NCBI GenBank assembly: GCA_963782055.1
Contig: CAWAIF010000003.1
Span: 1,472,001-1,536,000 of the forward strand
Direction of reading: 5' to 3'
DNA: 64,000 bases
Source: an uncultured delta proteobacterium
Lineage (GTDB): Bacteria; Myxococcota_A; Polyangia; Polyangiales; Polyangiaceae
Shown here: positions 52,694 through 62,627 of the stretch, piece by piece
Layout of the letters: each line of letters opens with the position of its first letter
Numbering within the stretch: position 1 is the first letter of the stretch
Position numbers and translations under genes: made by a program
Notes under the pieces: model-generated
Database searches by the model: none
What the model was told of the DNA's origin: nothing
What the model saw: only the letters and a program-made list of their open reading frames with translations

Positions 52694-52700
52694 CCGGGCA

Positions 52701-54323
52701 TCACGGCCGTGCGCGCGCGGCGAAGTACTCGTCGAAGCGGGCGTCGGCGTCCTCGTCGCCGAAGAGGAGGCGGCACGCCTCGCGCAGACCGGGGGCGGCG
52801 CGAAGGTCCTCCCGGCGCATCACCAGGGCGATCTTCGACCGGCGCCTCAGGAAGTCCTCCAGCTTGACGATCATCTCGCGGCGCGCGGCGTGGGCGATCT
52901 CGCAGCGCAGATACTCGGCGCCCTCGATGAGCACCTCGCCGTTCGCCGGGTCGTCGCGGATCTCGTCGAGCAGGCCGAGCGCGGCGTCGCCGTAGCGCCG
53001 CCAGAGGCGGATGGTGAGCGGCTCCGACGACGTGGGCGAGGTCATGGCGTCCAGGTCCATGAGGCGCGCCTGGTGCAGGAACTCCTTGTGTGTCTCCTCC
53101 GGCGGCTCGCCGTACCACCGCGCGGCCGGGTGCCCGAGCGCCACGCCCAGCGCGGCGACGTGGCGGGCGACCTCGTCGCCCACGTTGAGGCAATCGGTGA
53201 GCTTGCCGCCGAAGATGCTGACGTGCTTCGCCGCCGCGTCCACCTCCACCACGTGCTTGCGCGAGAGGTGCATCCAGTCGGCGCCGCGGTCCGCGTGCCC
53301 GCGCACGGCCAGCGGCCGCACGCCGCAGCGCTCGGCGATGACGTCCGCCTCGGTCAGTGGCTCGTCCAGGCGCAGTCGCTTGTTGATGTTGTCCAGGATG
53401 AAGCGGCGGTCCTCGTCGGTGACGTGCGCGACGGGGTCCTCGACGGGCGTGTCGGTGGTGCCGATGCACGTGCGCGGCCCCATCGGCAGCACGAAGAAGG
53501 GGCGGCCGTCGTCGGCGAAGAAGGTGAGGACGCGCTTGTGGGGCGTCAGGCGGTCCACGATCAGGTGGACGCCCTTGGACAGGACGTGCCGGTGCTCCGT
53601 CTCCTCGCCGCTCATGGAGTTGAGCGTGTCGACGTACGGGCCGCACGCGTTGACCAGCACCCGCGCGCGAACGTCCAGCTCGCCGCCGAGCGCGACGTCG
53701 CGGCAGCGCGCGTGCCACACGCCGTCGTCGCCCTTCGTGGCGGCGGTCATCTCCACGTAGTTGGCGGCGACGCACCCGTGCTCCAGCGCCGAGCGGACGA
53801 AGTTCCACACGAACCGCGCGTCGTTGTCGTGCAGGTAGGCGTCGGAGTACTCGAAGCCGCCGTCCACGCGGCTCATGTCCACGATGGGCTCCTCGCGGGC
53901 GAGCTCGCGGGCGGAGAGGCGCCGCGGCCTCCGCGTGAAGCAGCTGCCGATCACCCAGTACAGCCAGGCCCCGAGCACCAGCTTCCAGAGGCCGTGACGG
54001 AAGCCGCGCGGGTGCGCGGCGAGGAAGCGGATCTCCTGGACGGTGGAGGGGTAGCTCTGGATCAGGTGGTTGCGCGACCGGCAGAGCTTGCGCACCAGGC
54101 CCAGCTCCAGGCTCTCCATGTACTTGATGCCGCCCCAGGCCAGGTTGGACGACTGCTGGCTCGTGAAGCCGGCGAAATCGCCGCGGTCGACGAGCGCCAC
54201 CCGCGCCCCGCGCGCCGCGAGGCACGCCGCGGAGACGGCGCCGTTGATGCCGCCGCCCACCACCAGGACGTCGTAGATCCCCTCTTCCAGCCGGTGCACG
54301 TTGGCGTTTCTGCGGGACGACAT
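52701..54323 (-). CDS. glpD: FAD-dependent glycerol-3-phosphate dehydrogenase/oxidase
   Basis: DVLVVGGGING, DFAGFTS, NACGP, KGVHL, IGTTD, GVRPL, GGKLT. Confidence 0.88.
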   Translation of the reverse strand: MSSRRNANVHRLEEGIYDVLVVGGGINGAVSAACLAARGARVALVDRGDFAGFTSQQSSNLAWGGIKYMESLELGLVRKLCRSRNHLIQSYPSTVQEIRFLAAHPRGFRHGLWKLVLGAWLYWVIGSCFTRRPRRLSARELAREEPIVDMSRVDGGFEYSDAYLHDNDARFVWNFVRSALEHGCVAANYVEMTAATKGDDGVWHARCRDVALGGELDVRARVLVNACGPYVDTLNSMSGEETEHRHVLSKGVHLIVDRLTPHKRVLTFFADDGRPFFVLPMGPRTCIGTTDTPVEDPVAHVTDEDRRFILDNINKRLRLDEPLTEADVIAERCGVRPLAVRGHADRGADWMHLSRKHVVEVDAAAKHVSIFGGKLTDCLNVGDEVARHVAALGVALGHPAARWYGEPPEETHKEFLHQARLMDLDAMTSPTSSEPLTIRLWRRYGDAALGLLDEIRDDPANGEVLIEGAEYLRCEIAHAARREMIVKLEDFLRRRSKIALVMRREDLRAAPGLREACRLLFGDEDADARFDEYFAARARP

Positions 54324-54387
54324 GTCGGGCGGGCGAACCATAGCGAAGCCGGGGGCGCCGGTCTCGGTTTGCGGTACCGTGTCCGCC

Positions 54388-55359
54388 ATGCGAGCGGTCC
54401 GCGTCCACGAGCTCATCGGTCCGAAGGGTCTGCGCGTCGACGAGGTGCCCGAGCCCACGCCCGGCCCGGGCGAGCTGCTCCTGGACGTGAAGGCGGCCGG
54501 GGTGAACTTCCCGGACGTGCTGCTCTCCGAGGGCAAGTATCAGTTCAAGCCCGCGCTGCCCTTCTCCCCGGGCGGCGAGGCGGCCGGCGTGGTGCGCGCG
54601 GTCGGCGCGGGCGTGACCCGCTTCGCGCCAGGGGACCGCGTCGCGACGATGCTCGTCTACGGCGCCTTCGCCGAGCGCATCGTGGTGCCGGAGGCGGCGA
54701 GCGTGCTCCTGCCCGACGCCGTGTCCTTCGAGGTCGGCGGCGGCGCGATGGTCACCTACACCACCACGATGCACGCGCTGGTGGACCGGGCGAAGGTGCG
54801 CGCGGGCGAGACGCTGCTCGTGCTCGGCGCCGCGGGCGGCGTGGGCCTCGCGGCCGTGGAGCTCGGCAAGCTGCTCGGCGCGCGCGTCATCGCCGCCGCC
54901 TCCACCCAGGAGAAGGTTGCATTCTGCAAGGAACGCGGCGCCGACGACGGCATCGTCTACACGCCGCAGAACCTGAAGGAGCGCGTGAAGGCGCTGGCGA
55001 GCGGCGGCGTGGACGTGGTCTACGACCCGGTGGGCGGCCCCTTCGCCGAGCCGGCGCTGCGTGCCACCGGGTGGGAGGGGCGCTACCTCGTCGTCGGCTT
55101 CGCCAGCGGGGAGATCCCGCGTATCCCGCTGAACCTGACGCTCCTCAAGGGCTGCCAGATCATGGGCGTCTTCTGGGGCGCCTTCGCGATGCGCGAGCCG
55201 GAGCGCAACCGCGACAACGCCGCGCGCGTGCTGGACTGGATCGCCGAGGGCAAGCTGCGGCCGCACGTCGACGCGGTCATCCCCTTCGCCCGCGCGGCGG
55301 AGGCGCTGGAGCGCCTGGCGAAGCGGGAAGTGAAGGGGAAGGTCGTGCTCGTCCCGTGA
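54388..55359 (+). CDS. NADPH:quinone oxidoreductase (MDR family)
   Basis: GVNFPD, GKYQ, GAAGGVG, YDPVGG, GFASG, GKVVL. Confidence 0.93.
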   Translation: MRAVRVHELIGPKGLRVDEVPEPTPGPGELLLDVKAAGVNFPDVLLSEGKYQFKPALPFSPGGEAAGVVRAVGAGVTRFAPGDRVATMLVYGAFAERIVVPEAASVLLPDAVSFEVGGGAMVTYTTTMHALVDRAKVRAGETLLVLGAAGGVGLAAVELGKLLGARVIAAASTQEKVAFCKERGADDGIVYTPQNLKERVKALASGGVDVVYDPVGGPFAEPALRATGWEGRYLVVGFASGEIPRIPLNLTLLKGCQIMGVFWGAFAMREPERNRDNAARVLDWIAEGKLRPHVDAVIPFARAAEALERLAKREVKGKVVLVP

Positions 55360-55393
55360 AGGAAGCCTTCAGGCCACCGAGTTCACTTGGGCG

Positions 55394-55421
55394 GGGAGGG
55401 GCGGCGCGTGCCGCCCCTCCC
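55394..55421. terminator. 12-bp perfect hairpin between convergent genes
   Basis: GGGAGGGGCGGC-gcgt-GCCGCCCCTCCC; no U tract. Confidence 0.55.
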
Positions 55422-55428
55422 AGATCGA

Positions 55429-56170
55429 TCAGTGCACCATGGGGACGAAGATGACGCCGCCGAGATCCTCGGTGGTGACCTTGCCCGCGTGCTTCGCGTA
55501 GCGGAGCAGGCGCTGGTCCTGGTGCTGCTCGCCGACGGGGACGACGAGCAGCCCGCCCTCGGCGAGCTGGTCGAGCAGCGCCTGCGGCACCGCCTGCGGG
55601 GCGGCGGTCACGATGATGCGGTCGAAGGGGGCCTCCTCCGGCCAGCCCGCGTAGCCGTCCCCGGTGCGCACGTGCACGTTGGCGTAGCCGAGCCGGGCGA
55701 GCCGGGCGCGCGCCTGCTCCGCGAGGGGCGCCAGGATCTCGATGGTGTAGACCTCCCGGGCGAGGTGGGAGAGCACCGCGGCCTGGTAGCCGGAGCCGGT
55801 GCCGATCTCGAGCACCCGCTCCTTCCCCGTGAGCTCGAGCGCCTCGCTCATGATGCCGACGATGCTTGGCTGCGGAGATCGTCTGGTCCCAGCCGATGGG
55901 GCGCGCGTCGTCGACGTAGGCCTCCTCCAGGGAGTAGCCGGGCATGAACTGGTGGCGAGGCACTGCGCGCATGGCCGCCTGCACGCGTGGGTCGTGGACC
56001 TCCCGCGCGACCTTGGCGACCAGGGCGTCGCGCAGCTCGCGCGCCCGGGCATCGTCCTCCGTGGCGACCGAGGCCGCGGGCGCCGACGCGTCGCCGCTCG
56101 CGGGGAGCGTGCGCCGGCACCCGAGGCTCCCCAGAAGGGCGGTGGCGAGGAGGAGCACGCGGCGGTTCAT
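55429..56170 (-). pseudogene. pcm: Protein-L-isoaspartate O-methyltransferase with +1 frameshift at ~55873
   Basis: AMRAVPRHQF..AYVD..IGWDQTIS in one frame, QPSIVGIM..LEIGTGSGYQAA..FVPM in another; one extra base in ATC TCC G CAG. Confidence 0.9.
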
Positions 56171-56324
56171 TACGGCTGCGTTAACCACGAACGCCCGGCC
56201 GCGCACACATCGCGCCGCGGCCCTCGTTGCGTGGGCCCGCAAGCATTGCACGCCGTCGGCGCCTCGCCGAGGCAGCCATGCCCGTGGGCGGGCTGGCGCC
56301 AGGTATGCAAGGAGTTCTCCCATC

Positions 56325-56735
56325 ATGACGACGTCTCATCGAATCCTGCTGCTCGCTTCGTCGATCGTCGCGGCCCTCGCCCTGGGCGGCTGCACCCTCC
56401 GGGCTGGACCCCCGGTCGTCACCGGCGGCGTGACCGTGGAGAGCGCCCCCATCGACGTCGACGTCTATCCTCACGTCTACTACGACGGTCAGTGGGTCTA
56501 CCTGGTGGGCGACCGCTGGTACCACCGCGGTGCTCATGGCTGGATCGTCGTCGGACGGGAGCCGGCCGCGCTCTACCACCACCGGTTGTACTACCGGCAG
56601 CACCGGCGCTTCGAGGGGCCGGCGGTCCGGCACGAGCGGCGTGACGACCGGCACCAGCGGCCCGACATCCGGCACGAGCGGCGTGACGACCGCCACGAGC
56701 GGCGTGACGACCGGCACCACGGTCACGGCCACTGA
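56325..56735 (+). CDS. Small lipoprotein with His/Arg/Asp-rich repeat tail
   Basis: LGGC lipobox; YPHVYYDG..YLVGDRWY; RHERRDD x3. Confidence 0.75.
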   Translation: MTTSHRILLLASSIVAALALGGCTLRAGPPVVTGGVTVESAPIDVDVYPHVYYDGQWVYLVGDRWYHRGAHGWIVVGREPAALYHHRLYYRQHRRFEGPAVRHERRDDRHQRPDIRHERRDDRHERRDDRHHGHGH

Positions 56736-56737
56736 TC

Positions 56738-58117
56738 GTGAGCCTGCCGTCCCCCCTCGTCGGCTGGCTTCCCGCGGCGGGCGTCGTCCTGCTGGGCGCC
56801 GCGGCGGGGCTCTTCGCCCGGCGCCTGCTCTACGGCCGGCTGGAGCGGTGGGCGGCGCGCACGCGCACCCACGTGGACGACGTCATCGTCAAGGCGACGC
56901 GCTGGCACCTGCCCTTCCTCGCCGTGCTGGGCGGCGTCTACCTGGGCATGCGCCTCTCGCCGCTCTCGGAGCGGACCGACGCCATCCTGGACAAGATCGT
57001 CGGCGTGCTGGCGACCATCTCGGTCACCTGGATGGCCGCCGACGCCGTCTCCGGCCTCCTGAAGCTGCACAAGCCGCGCACTGACTGGTCCATCGACGTC
57101 GCCCGCATGACGCAGCAGATCGTGCTCATCGTCATCTCGGGCACGGGGCTCCTGTACCTGCTCTCGGCCATCGGGATCCCGCCGACGCCGCTGCTGCTCG
57201 TGGTGGGCATCGCCGCGGGCACGGGCGCGCTCGCGATGCGCAACATCCTGCCGGACCTGGTCGCCGGCATCAGCATCGCCCTCGGCCACGAGATCCGCCG
57301 CGGCGACCGCATCCGGCTGGGCTCGCAGGAGGGGGTGGTCACCGAGATCGGGTGGCGCAGCACCACGCTGCGCTCCGAGCGCGGCGAGCGCACGATCATC
57401 CCCAACTCGCAGCTCGCCGCCGCCGTGGTCAGCACGGCACCCGGCGCCGCGCGCCTCGACGCGGAGCGGCGCGTCGAGGCGCCCTTCCGCTTCGTCACCC
57501 GTCTGGCGCTGACCGAGCTGACCGGCCTGCGGGCCACGACGCTCCCGGAGCTCATCGTCGCGCTGGAGCGCGTGCCGCTCTCGGTCGTGCACCACCACAG
57601 CCTCCAGTTCGTGGCGGAGCACGAGCACCTGAGCCCGACGCCCACCAGCGACTTCGCGCGCTGGGTGTCGGAGTCGCTCGGCTACGTGGACCTGGGCGAG
57701 GTGATGGCGAGCATCGACCCCTGCGCATGCACCTCGCTGGAGGAGTACCGCCAGAAGCTGCTCGACCTCTGCCGGGAGTACGCCGCCTCGCGTGACGACG
57801 GCCGCCGCTCGCAGCGCGGGCAGGAGCTCTTCTTCGAGAAGTCGCGCCTCTTCCTCTTCCACACGGGCGAAGAGGCGCACTCGCTGGGGGAGCTGGCCCA
57901 GGTGCTGCGCACCGTGTCGGCCACCTCGCTCTACTACCACCTGTTCGAGTCGCGCGTTCTGCCGGACCGCACGACCAACGACTTCTCCCTCTGGATCGAG
58001 CAGAGCGTCGGCGACGCGGAGCTCGCCGGGCGCATCGCGGGGCTCGACCCCTACACCCGCACGGCGGAGGGGGTTCGCAACGCGCTCCTGGCCCTCGTCG
58101 AGGAGCGCATCGGATGA
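56738..58117 (+). CDS. MscS-family channel fused to a duplicated DUF5752-like domain
   Basis: TMs, GDRIRL..EGVVTEIGWRSTTL..IIPNSQL; two repeats with HHH/YYH and DFxxW motifs. Confidence 0.85.
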   Translation: MSLPSPLVGWLPAAGVVLLGAAAGLFARRLLYGRLERWAARTRTHVDDVIVKATRWHLPFLAVLGGVYLGMRLSPLSERTDAILDKIVGVLATISVTWMAADAVSGLLKLHKPRTDWSIDVARMTQQIVLIVISGTGLLYLLSAIGIPPTPLLLVVGIAAGTGALAMRNILPDLVAGISIALGHEIRRGDRIRLGSQEGVVTEIGWRSTTLRSERGERTIIPNSQLAAAVVSTAPGAARLDAERRVEAPFRFVTRLALTELTGLRATTLPELIVALERVPLSVVHHHSLQFVAEHEHLSPTPTSDFARWVSESLGYVDLGEVMASIDPCACTSLEEYRQKLLDLCREYAASRDDGRRSQRGQELFFEKSRLFLFHTGEEAHSLGELAQVLRTVSATSLYYHLFESRVLPDRTTNDFSLWIEQSVGDAELAGRIAGLDPYTRTAEGVRNALLALVEERIG

Positions 58118-59340
58118 CCGACCTGCTGAGCAACTACGCCGAGATCGCCGGCCCCGCCGTCGTCCACGAGCTGCGCGTGCTCGCCGGGCACCTGCGCGGG
58201 CGGAGCGTCCAGCACGTCAACTCGACGCGCGTCGGCGGCGGCGTCGCCGAGATCCTCGCACGCATGGTCCCGCTGCTGGAGGAGCTCGGGGTGAAGGCGC
58301 GCTGGGACGTGATCGGGGGCAACCCGGCCTTCTTCGACGTGACCAAGAAGCTGCACAACGCCCTGCACGGCCGGGGGGAGGACATCACCCCGGCCGACCG
58401 CGAGGTGTTCTGGGAGACGGCGCACGCGGCGACCCGGGCGTTCCGGCCGGCGGCGGACACCGTCTTCGTCCACGACCCGCAGCCGAGCGCGCTCGTGCAG
58501 CACGAGAACGCCAGAGACCACACGTGGATCTGGAGGTGCCACATCGACGTGTCGCACCCGCTGCCTGGCGCCTGGTCGTTGCTGGAGGAGGTGGTGCCCC
58601 GCTACCAGGCCGCCGTCTTCTCCTCGCCGCAGTTCGCGCGGGAGCTCCCCATCGCGCAGTTCAAGATCGCGCCCTCCATCGATCCGCTCAGCCTGAAGAA
58701 CCGCGAGCTCCCGGAGGAGACCATCGAGAAGGTGCTCGCCAAGTACGGCATCGAGCGCGACCGGCCCATCGTCACGCAGATCTCCCGCTTCGACCGGCTG
58801 AAGGACCCGGTCGGGGTGATGCAAGCGTTCCGGATGGTGCGCAAGACGACGCGCTGCCAGCTCGTCCTCGCCGGCGGCGGTGCCTCCGACGACCCGGAGG
58901 GCGCGGAGGTGCTGGCGGAGGTGCAGGAGCGGGCGGGAGACGATCCGGACGTGCACGTGCTCTTGCTGCCGCCGGGGAGCGACGTGGAGGTCAACGCGCT
59001 CCAGCGCGCCTCCGACGTGGTCGTGCAGAAGTCGCTCGCGGAGGGCTTCGGTCTCACGGTCAGCGAGGCGCTGTGGAAGGCGCGACCGACGGTCGCCTCC
59101 GGCGTGGGCGGCATCCCGATGCAGGTGGAGCACCGCAAGACGGGGCTGCTGGTGCACACGGTGGAGGGCACCGCGCTCGCCATCCGCGAGCTGCTCAACA
59201 ACGTGTCCTTCGCCACGTGGCTGGGCAACAACGCGCGCGAGCACGTGCGCCACAACTTCCTGCTCACGCGGCACCTGAAGGACTGGCTGCTCCTGTTTCT
59301 GGCCGCCGGCCACGAGGAGGAGATCGTCGAGCTGACCTGA
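58114..59340 (+). CDS. treT: GT4 trehalose synthase (TreT-like)
   Basis: NSTRVGGGVAEIL, TKKLHNALHG, HDPQP, WRCHID, PSIDPLS, SRFDRLKDP, EGFGLTVSEALWK. Confidence 0.9.
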   Translation: MTDLLSNYAEIAGPAVVHELRVLAGHLRGRSVQHVNSTRVGGGVAEILARMVPLLEELGVKARWDVIGGNPAFFDVTKKLHNALHGRGEDITPADREVFWETAHAATRAFRPAADTVFVHDPQPSALVQHENARDHTWIWRCHIDVSHPLPGAWSLLEEVVPRYQAAVFSSPQFARELPIAQFKIAPSIDPLSLKNRELPEETIEKVLAKYGIERDRPIVTQISRFDRLKDPVGVMQAFRMVRKTTRCQLVLAGGGASDDPEGAEVLAEVQERAGDDPDVHVLLLPPGSDVEVNALQRASDVVVQKSLAEGFGLTVSEALWKARPTVASGVGGIPMQVEHRKTGLLVHTVEGTALAIRELLNNVSFATWLGNNAREHVRHNFLLTRHLKDWLLLFLAAGHEEEIVELT

Positions 59341-59350
59341 GCGCGCGCGG

Positions 59351-59770
59351 TCATCGGTACTTGTGGTGGCACTCCTTGCACGTCGCCTTGATGGCGGTCA
59401 GCGTGCCGGAGGCCGTCCCCGCGTCCTTCTTCTCGGCCGCGGCGGAGAGGGCCGCGGCCTGCTGGTTGAGCTGGTCGGCCAGCTTGTCGAAGCCGGGCCC
59501 CGTCGTGAACTGGTGCGCCTTCCTGCTCGTCACCTGCAGACGGTTGCCCATGTCGGCGAAGGCGGCCCAGTCCTCGGCGGTGTAGCTGGCCTGGCCTGCC
59601 TTCTTGAACTGCGGGTCGGAGATGGTGGCCTGGACGTCCATCACGTCGGAGAGCTTGGTGAGCGTCTCGATCTGCGCCGGCGGCAGGTCGCGGTGAGGCA
59701 CGCACCCGGCGGCGAGGAAGGGGAGGGCGGCGAAGGCGAGCGAGGCGAAGAGGTCACGCGGGGTGAGCAT
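59351..59770 (-). CDS. Cytochrome c'-like lipoprotein
   Basis: AAGC lipobox; helical body; C-terminal CKECH. Confidence 0.85.
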   Translation of the reverse strand: MLTPRDLFASLAFAALPFLAAGCVPHRDLPPAQIETLTKLSDVMDVQATISDPQFKKAGQASYTAEDWAAFADMGNRLQVTSRKAHQFTTGPGFDKLADQLNQQAAALSAAAEKKDAGTASGTLTAIKATCKECHHKYR

Positions 59771-59895
59771 CGCCCGAGGGTAGAAGACCCTCCCGGTGGA
59801 CGGAAGCCCCCGCGAGATCTGCGGCGCGCCCTGTTGGGACTTGGCGGCGCGCGCGGCCGTTGTACGCTCCGCCTTCTCTCTCCAAGGAGGAGACC

Positions 59896-60342
59896 ATGGC
59901 CAACCCCTTCGTTCACATCGAGCTGAACACCGACGACATGTCCGCGGCGAAGAAGTTCTACAGGACCGTGTTCGCCTGGAAGCTCAACGACATACCCTCC
60001 ATGCACTACACCACGATCGACGTGGGCAAGGGCACCGGCGGCGGCATGATGCAGAAGGCCGTGCCGGGCTCGCCGACACTCTGGCTCCCGTACGTGGAGG
60101 TCGACAGCGTGAAGGCCACCATCGCGAAGGCGCGCAAGGCGGGCGCCGACGTGCACGTCGAGTACATGCCCATCCCGGGGATGGGCGCGTTCGGCGTGTT
60201 CGTGGACCCGACAGGCGCCCCGCTCGGCGTGTGGGAGATGGCGAAGGCCGCCCCGAAGCGCACGGCGAAGAAGGCCGCGAAGAAGGCCGCGAAGAAGCCC
60301 GCGAAGAAGGCGGCGAAGAAGGCCGCGAGGAAGAGACAGTAG
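59896..60342 (+). CDS. VOC/glyoxalase family protein with Lys/Ala-rich tail
   Basis: AGGAGG RBS; FVHIEL, GGGMM, DPTGA; AKKAAKK repeats. Confidence 0.9.
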   Translation: MANPFVHIELNTDDMSAAKKFYRTVFAWKLNDIPSMHYTTIDVGKGTGGGMMQKAVPGSPTLWLPYVEVDSVKATIAKARKAGADVHVEYMPIPGMGAFGVFVDPTGAPLGVWEMAKAAPKRTAKKAAKKAAKKPAKKAAKKAARKRQ

Positions 60343-60366
60343 GCGTCGGCGCGCGCCGAGCGTGCG

Positions 60367-60918
60367 ATGCTGAGCGGCATGGGCACCTACGCCGCGTTCC
60401 TCCGGGCGGTCAACCTCGCCGGCACGGGGAGGGTCGCGATGGCCGACCTGCGGGCTCTCTTCGCGACGCTCGGCTTCCCCGGCGCGCGCACCCTCCTGCA
60501 GAGCGGCAACGTCGTCTTCGACAGCGAGGGCCGGAAGGAGGCCGCCGCGCTGGAGCGGCTGCTCGAGGAGGCCACCGCGAAGCACCTGCGTGTCGAGACG
60601 GATTACCTGGTGCGGAGCGCCGGCGCGCTGCGGCGGGTGCTCGCCGACAACCCGTTCCCCGACGAGGCGAAGCGCGACCCGAGCCACCTCGTGGTCATGT
60701 TCCTGAAGGCGGCGCCCGCGGACGCCTCTGTCCGGGCGCTGCAGGCGGCGATCCGCGGGCGGGAGGTGGTGCGCGTCTCCGGCCCTCACGCGTACCTCTA
60801 CTACCCCGACGGCATCGGCCGCTCCAAGCTCACCCCCGCGCTGCTCGGGAGCAAGCTCGGCTGCGGCACCGGACGCAACTGGAACACCGTCACCAAGGTG
60901 GCGGCGCTGATGGGATAG
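60367..60918 (+). CDS. DUF1697 family protein
   Basis: YAAFLRAVN, LQSGNVVF, TGRNWNTV. Confidence 0.9.
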   Translation: MLSGMGTYAAFLRAVNLAGTGRVAMADLRALFATLGFPGARTLLQSGNVVFDSEGRKEAAALERLLEEATAKHLRVETDYLVRSAGALRRVLADNPFPDEAKRDPSHLVVMFLKAAPADASVRALQAAIRGREVVRVSGPHAYLYYPDGIGRSKLTPALLGSKLGCGTGRNWNTVTKVAALMG

Positions 60919-60921
60919 GGC

Positions 60922-61560
60922 TCAGTCCTCGTCGTCGTCGACGGTCTGCATCGGGCCCTCGGCGGGCTCGACCGACGTGCCATGCGCGCCGGCCGACGCC
61001 GCCGAGTAGGCACCGACGCCCGCGCGCGGATGCGCGAGGTTGGGCGCGCCCAGTTCCCCGCCGCTGACGCCCAGCTCGGCGTCCAGCTCCGCGTCGTGCC
61101 GCCGCTCCCTGGCGTGTTCGCGCTCGGAGACCTTCTCCGCCGTCGCTCCGGCGAGGGCGCCGAGGGCGATGCCGGCCAGCAAGCCCGGCGGGCCGCCCAC
61201 CGCGCCGAGCGCGCCGCCCGCGAGGGCGCCTGCCATGGCGCCGGCCACCTCGCGCGCGATGGCACGGCGCTTCGCCTTCGCCTTCGGGGTGGGTTTCGCC
61301 TTCGCCTTCGGGGTGGGCTTCGCTTTCGCCTTCGGGGTGGGTTTCGCCTTCGCCTTCGGCGTGGGCTTCGCTTTCGCCTTCGGCTTGGCCTTGGGCGCGG
61401 CCTTCGCCTCGAGCTTCGTCTTGGGCCTGGCGGTGACCTTCGCCTTGGGTCTGGCCTTGGGCTTCGCCTTCGTCCTGGGGCTGGGCTTCGCCTTCGCCCC
61501 CGCGCGGGGCTTCGCCTTCGCGGGGGTCTCCTTGGCCTTGCTCGTCTTCCTGCTCGCCAT
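60922..61560 (-). CDS. Histone H1-like Lys/Ala/Pro repeat protein with glycine-zipper segment and acidic tail
   Basis: MASRKTSKAK..(AKAKPTPK)x4..GAMAGALAGGALGAVGGPPG..DDDED. Confidence 0.75.
   Translation of the reverse strand: MASRKTSKAKETPAKAKPRAGAKAKPSPRTKAKPKARPKAKVTARPKTKLEAKAAPKAKPKAKAKPTPKAKAKPTPKAKAKPTPKAKAKPTPKAKAKRRAIAREVAGAMAGALAGGALGAVGGPPGLLAGIALGALAGATAEKVSEREHARERRHDAELDAELGVSGGELGAPNLAHPRAGVGAYSAASAGAHGTSVEPAEGPMQTVDDDED
61270..61381 (-). repeat. 24-bp coding tandem repeat (about 4 copies)
   Basis: ttcgccttcgccttcggggtggg[t/c] units on the plus strand. Confidence 0.85.
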
Positions 61561-61724
61561 CGTCCGCTCCCTTCCACGCGACCGTACTCGCACGCGCCCC
61601 AGGGGCCCTGGAGTGCTCGTGCTCGAGGCGGGACGAGCATAACACCCCCTGCCTCCTCGTCGCGGCTGGCGCGGCCGCCGGTCCGATCCACACTGAAAGG
61701 ACAGGAGTATCGAGGTCGGCAGTC

Positions 61725-62627
61725 GTGACCTTCCCCAGCGCCCGTGGCGCGCAGCACGCAGCATCCGTCTCCCGCAGAGCTCGCCGCTCGCGGCGGGGCG
61801 CCGGCGCGCTCTTCTTCGGCCTGACCACCATCGTCGGAGCGTGCGCGGCGCGCGACGGGAGCGCTCCGGCGCGCGCCGGGCACACCCTCACCGTGGCCGC
61901 GGCCGTCGACAATCCGGCGGGTATCGCGCCGACGCTCCCCCCGCCGCGCGCTCCCTCGGCCCCGCCCGTCGCCGCAGCCCCCGCGGCGCCGTGTCCGGAG
62001 GGCATGGTGCTCGTGGAAGGGGCGTACTGCCCGGACGTGCGTCAGGTGTGCCTGAAGTGGATGGACCCGCCCGGCCCCTACGCCCACCTGCGCTGCGCAA
62101 GGTTTCGCTCCCCCGCGCGCTGCGCCGGGTCGAAGGAGCCCATGCGCTTCTGCGTCGACCAGGAGGAGCACGTCGACGAGGGGCAGGAGCTCCCGCGCGT
62201 CGGCGTGAGCTGGACGGACGCGGTCTCCCTCTGCGAGGCAGCCGGCAAGCACCTGTGCACCGAGCGCGAGTGGGAGCTGGCGTGCGAGGGCCCCGCCATG
62301 CTGCCGTACCCGTACGGCTTCTCTCGCGACTCGAGCGCCTGCAACATCGACCGCACGGATCTGGGCCGCCCCAACGGGGGCCTCATCGATCACCGCGCGC
62401 CGCCGGGCTCCTTCCCGCGCTGCGAGAGCCCGTACGGCGTGCTGGACATGACCGGCAACGTCGACGAGTGGACGGTGCGTGAGGACGCGAAGGCCCCGCA
62501 CCGCTCCGCCCTGCACGGCGGCTGGTGGCTCCCCGGCCGCAACAACTGCCGCGCCGCGACCCTCGGTCACTTCGAGTCGTACGCGGGCAAGCAGGTGGGC
62601 TTTCGCTGCTGCGCGGACCCGTCCTGA
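61725..62627 (+). CDS. FGE-sulfatase (SUMF1/PvdO-like) domain lipoprotein
   Basis: LCTEREWELAC, YPYG, DMTGNVDEW, GFRCC. Confidence 0.88.
   Translation: MTFPSARGAQHAASVSRRARRSRRGAGALFFGLTTIVGACAARDGSAPARAGHTLTVAAAVDNPAGIAPTLPPPRAPSAPPVAAAPAAPCPEGMVLVEGAYCPDVRQVCLKWMDPPGPYAHLRCARFRSPARCAGSKEPMRFCVDQEEHVDEGQELPRVGVSWTDAVSLCEAAGKHLCTEREWELACEGPAMLPYPYGFSRDSSACNIDRTDLGRPNGGLIDHRAPPGSFPRCESPYGVLDMTGNVDEWTVREDAKAPHRSALHGGWWLPGRNNCRAATLGHFESYAGKQVGFRCCADPS

Noticed and set aside
56294..56308. Sigma54-like TGGCGCCAGGTATGC
   Set aside because: The implied start site would fall downstream of the gene's AAGGAG RBS; weak match
56628..56716. Repeats resembling a CRISPR array (cacgagcggcgtgacgaccg x3)
   Set aside because: In-frame coding repeats (RHERRDD) without regular unique spacers; no cas genes
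61040..61642. Plus-strand ORF of FAFAFGVG repeats
   Set aside because: Antisense reading of the AKAKPTPK repeats
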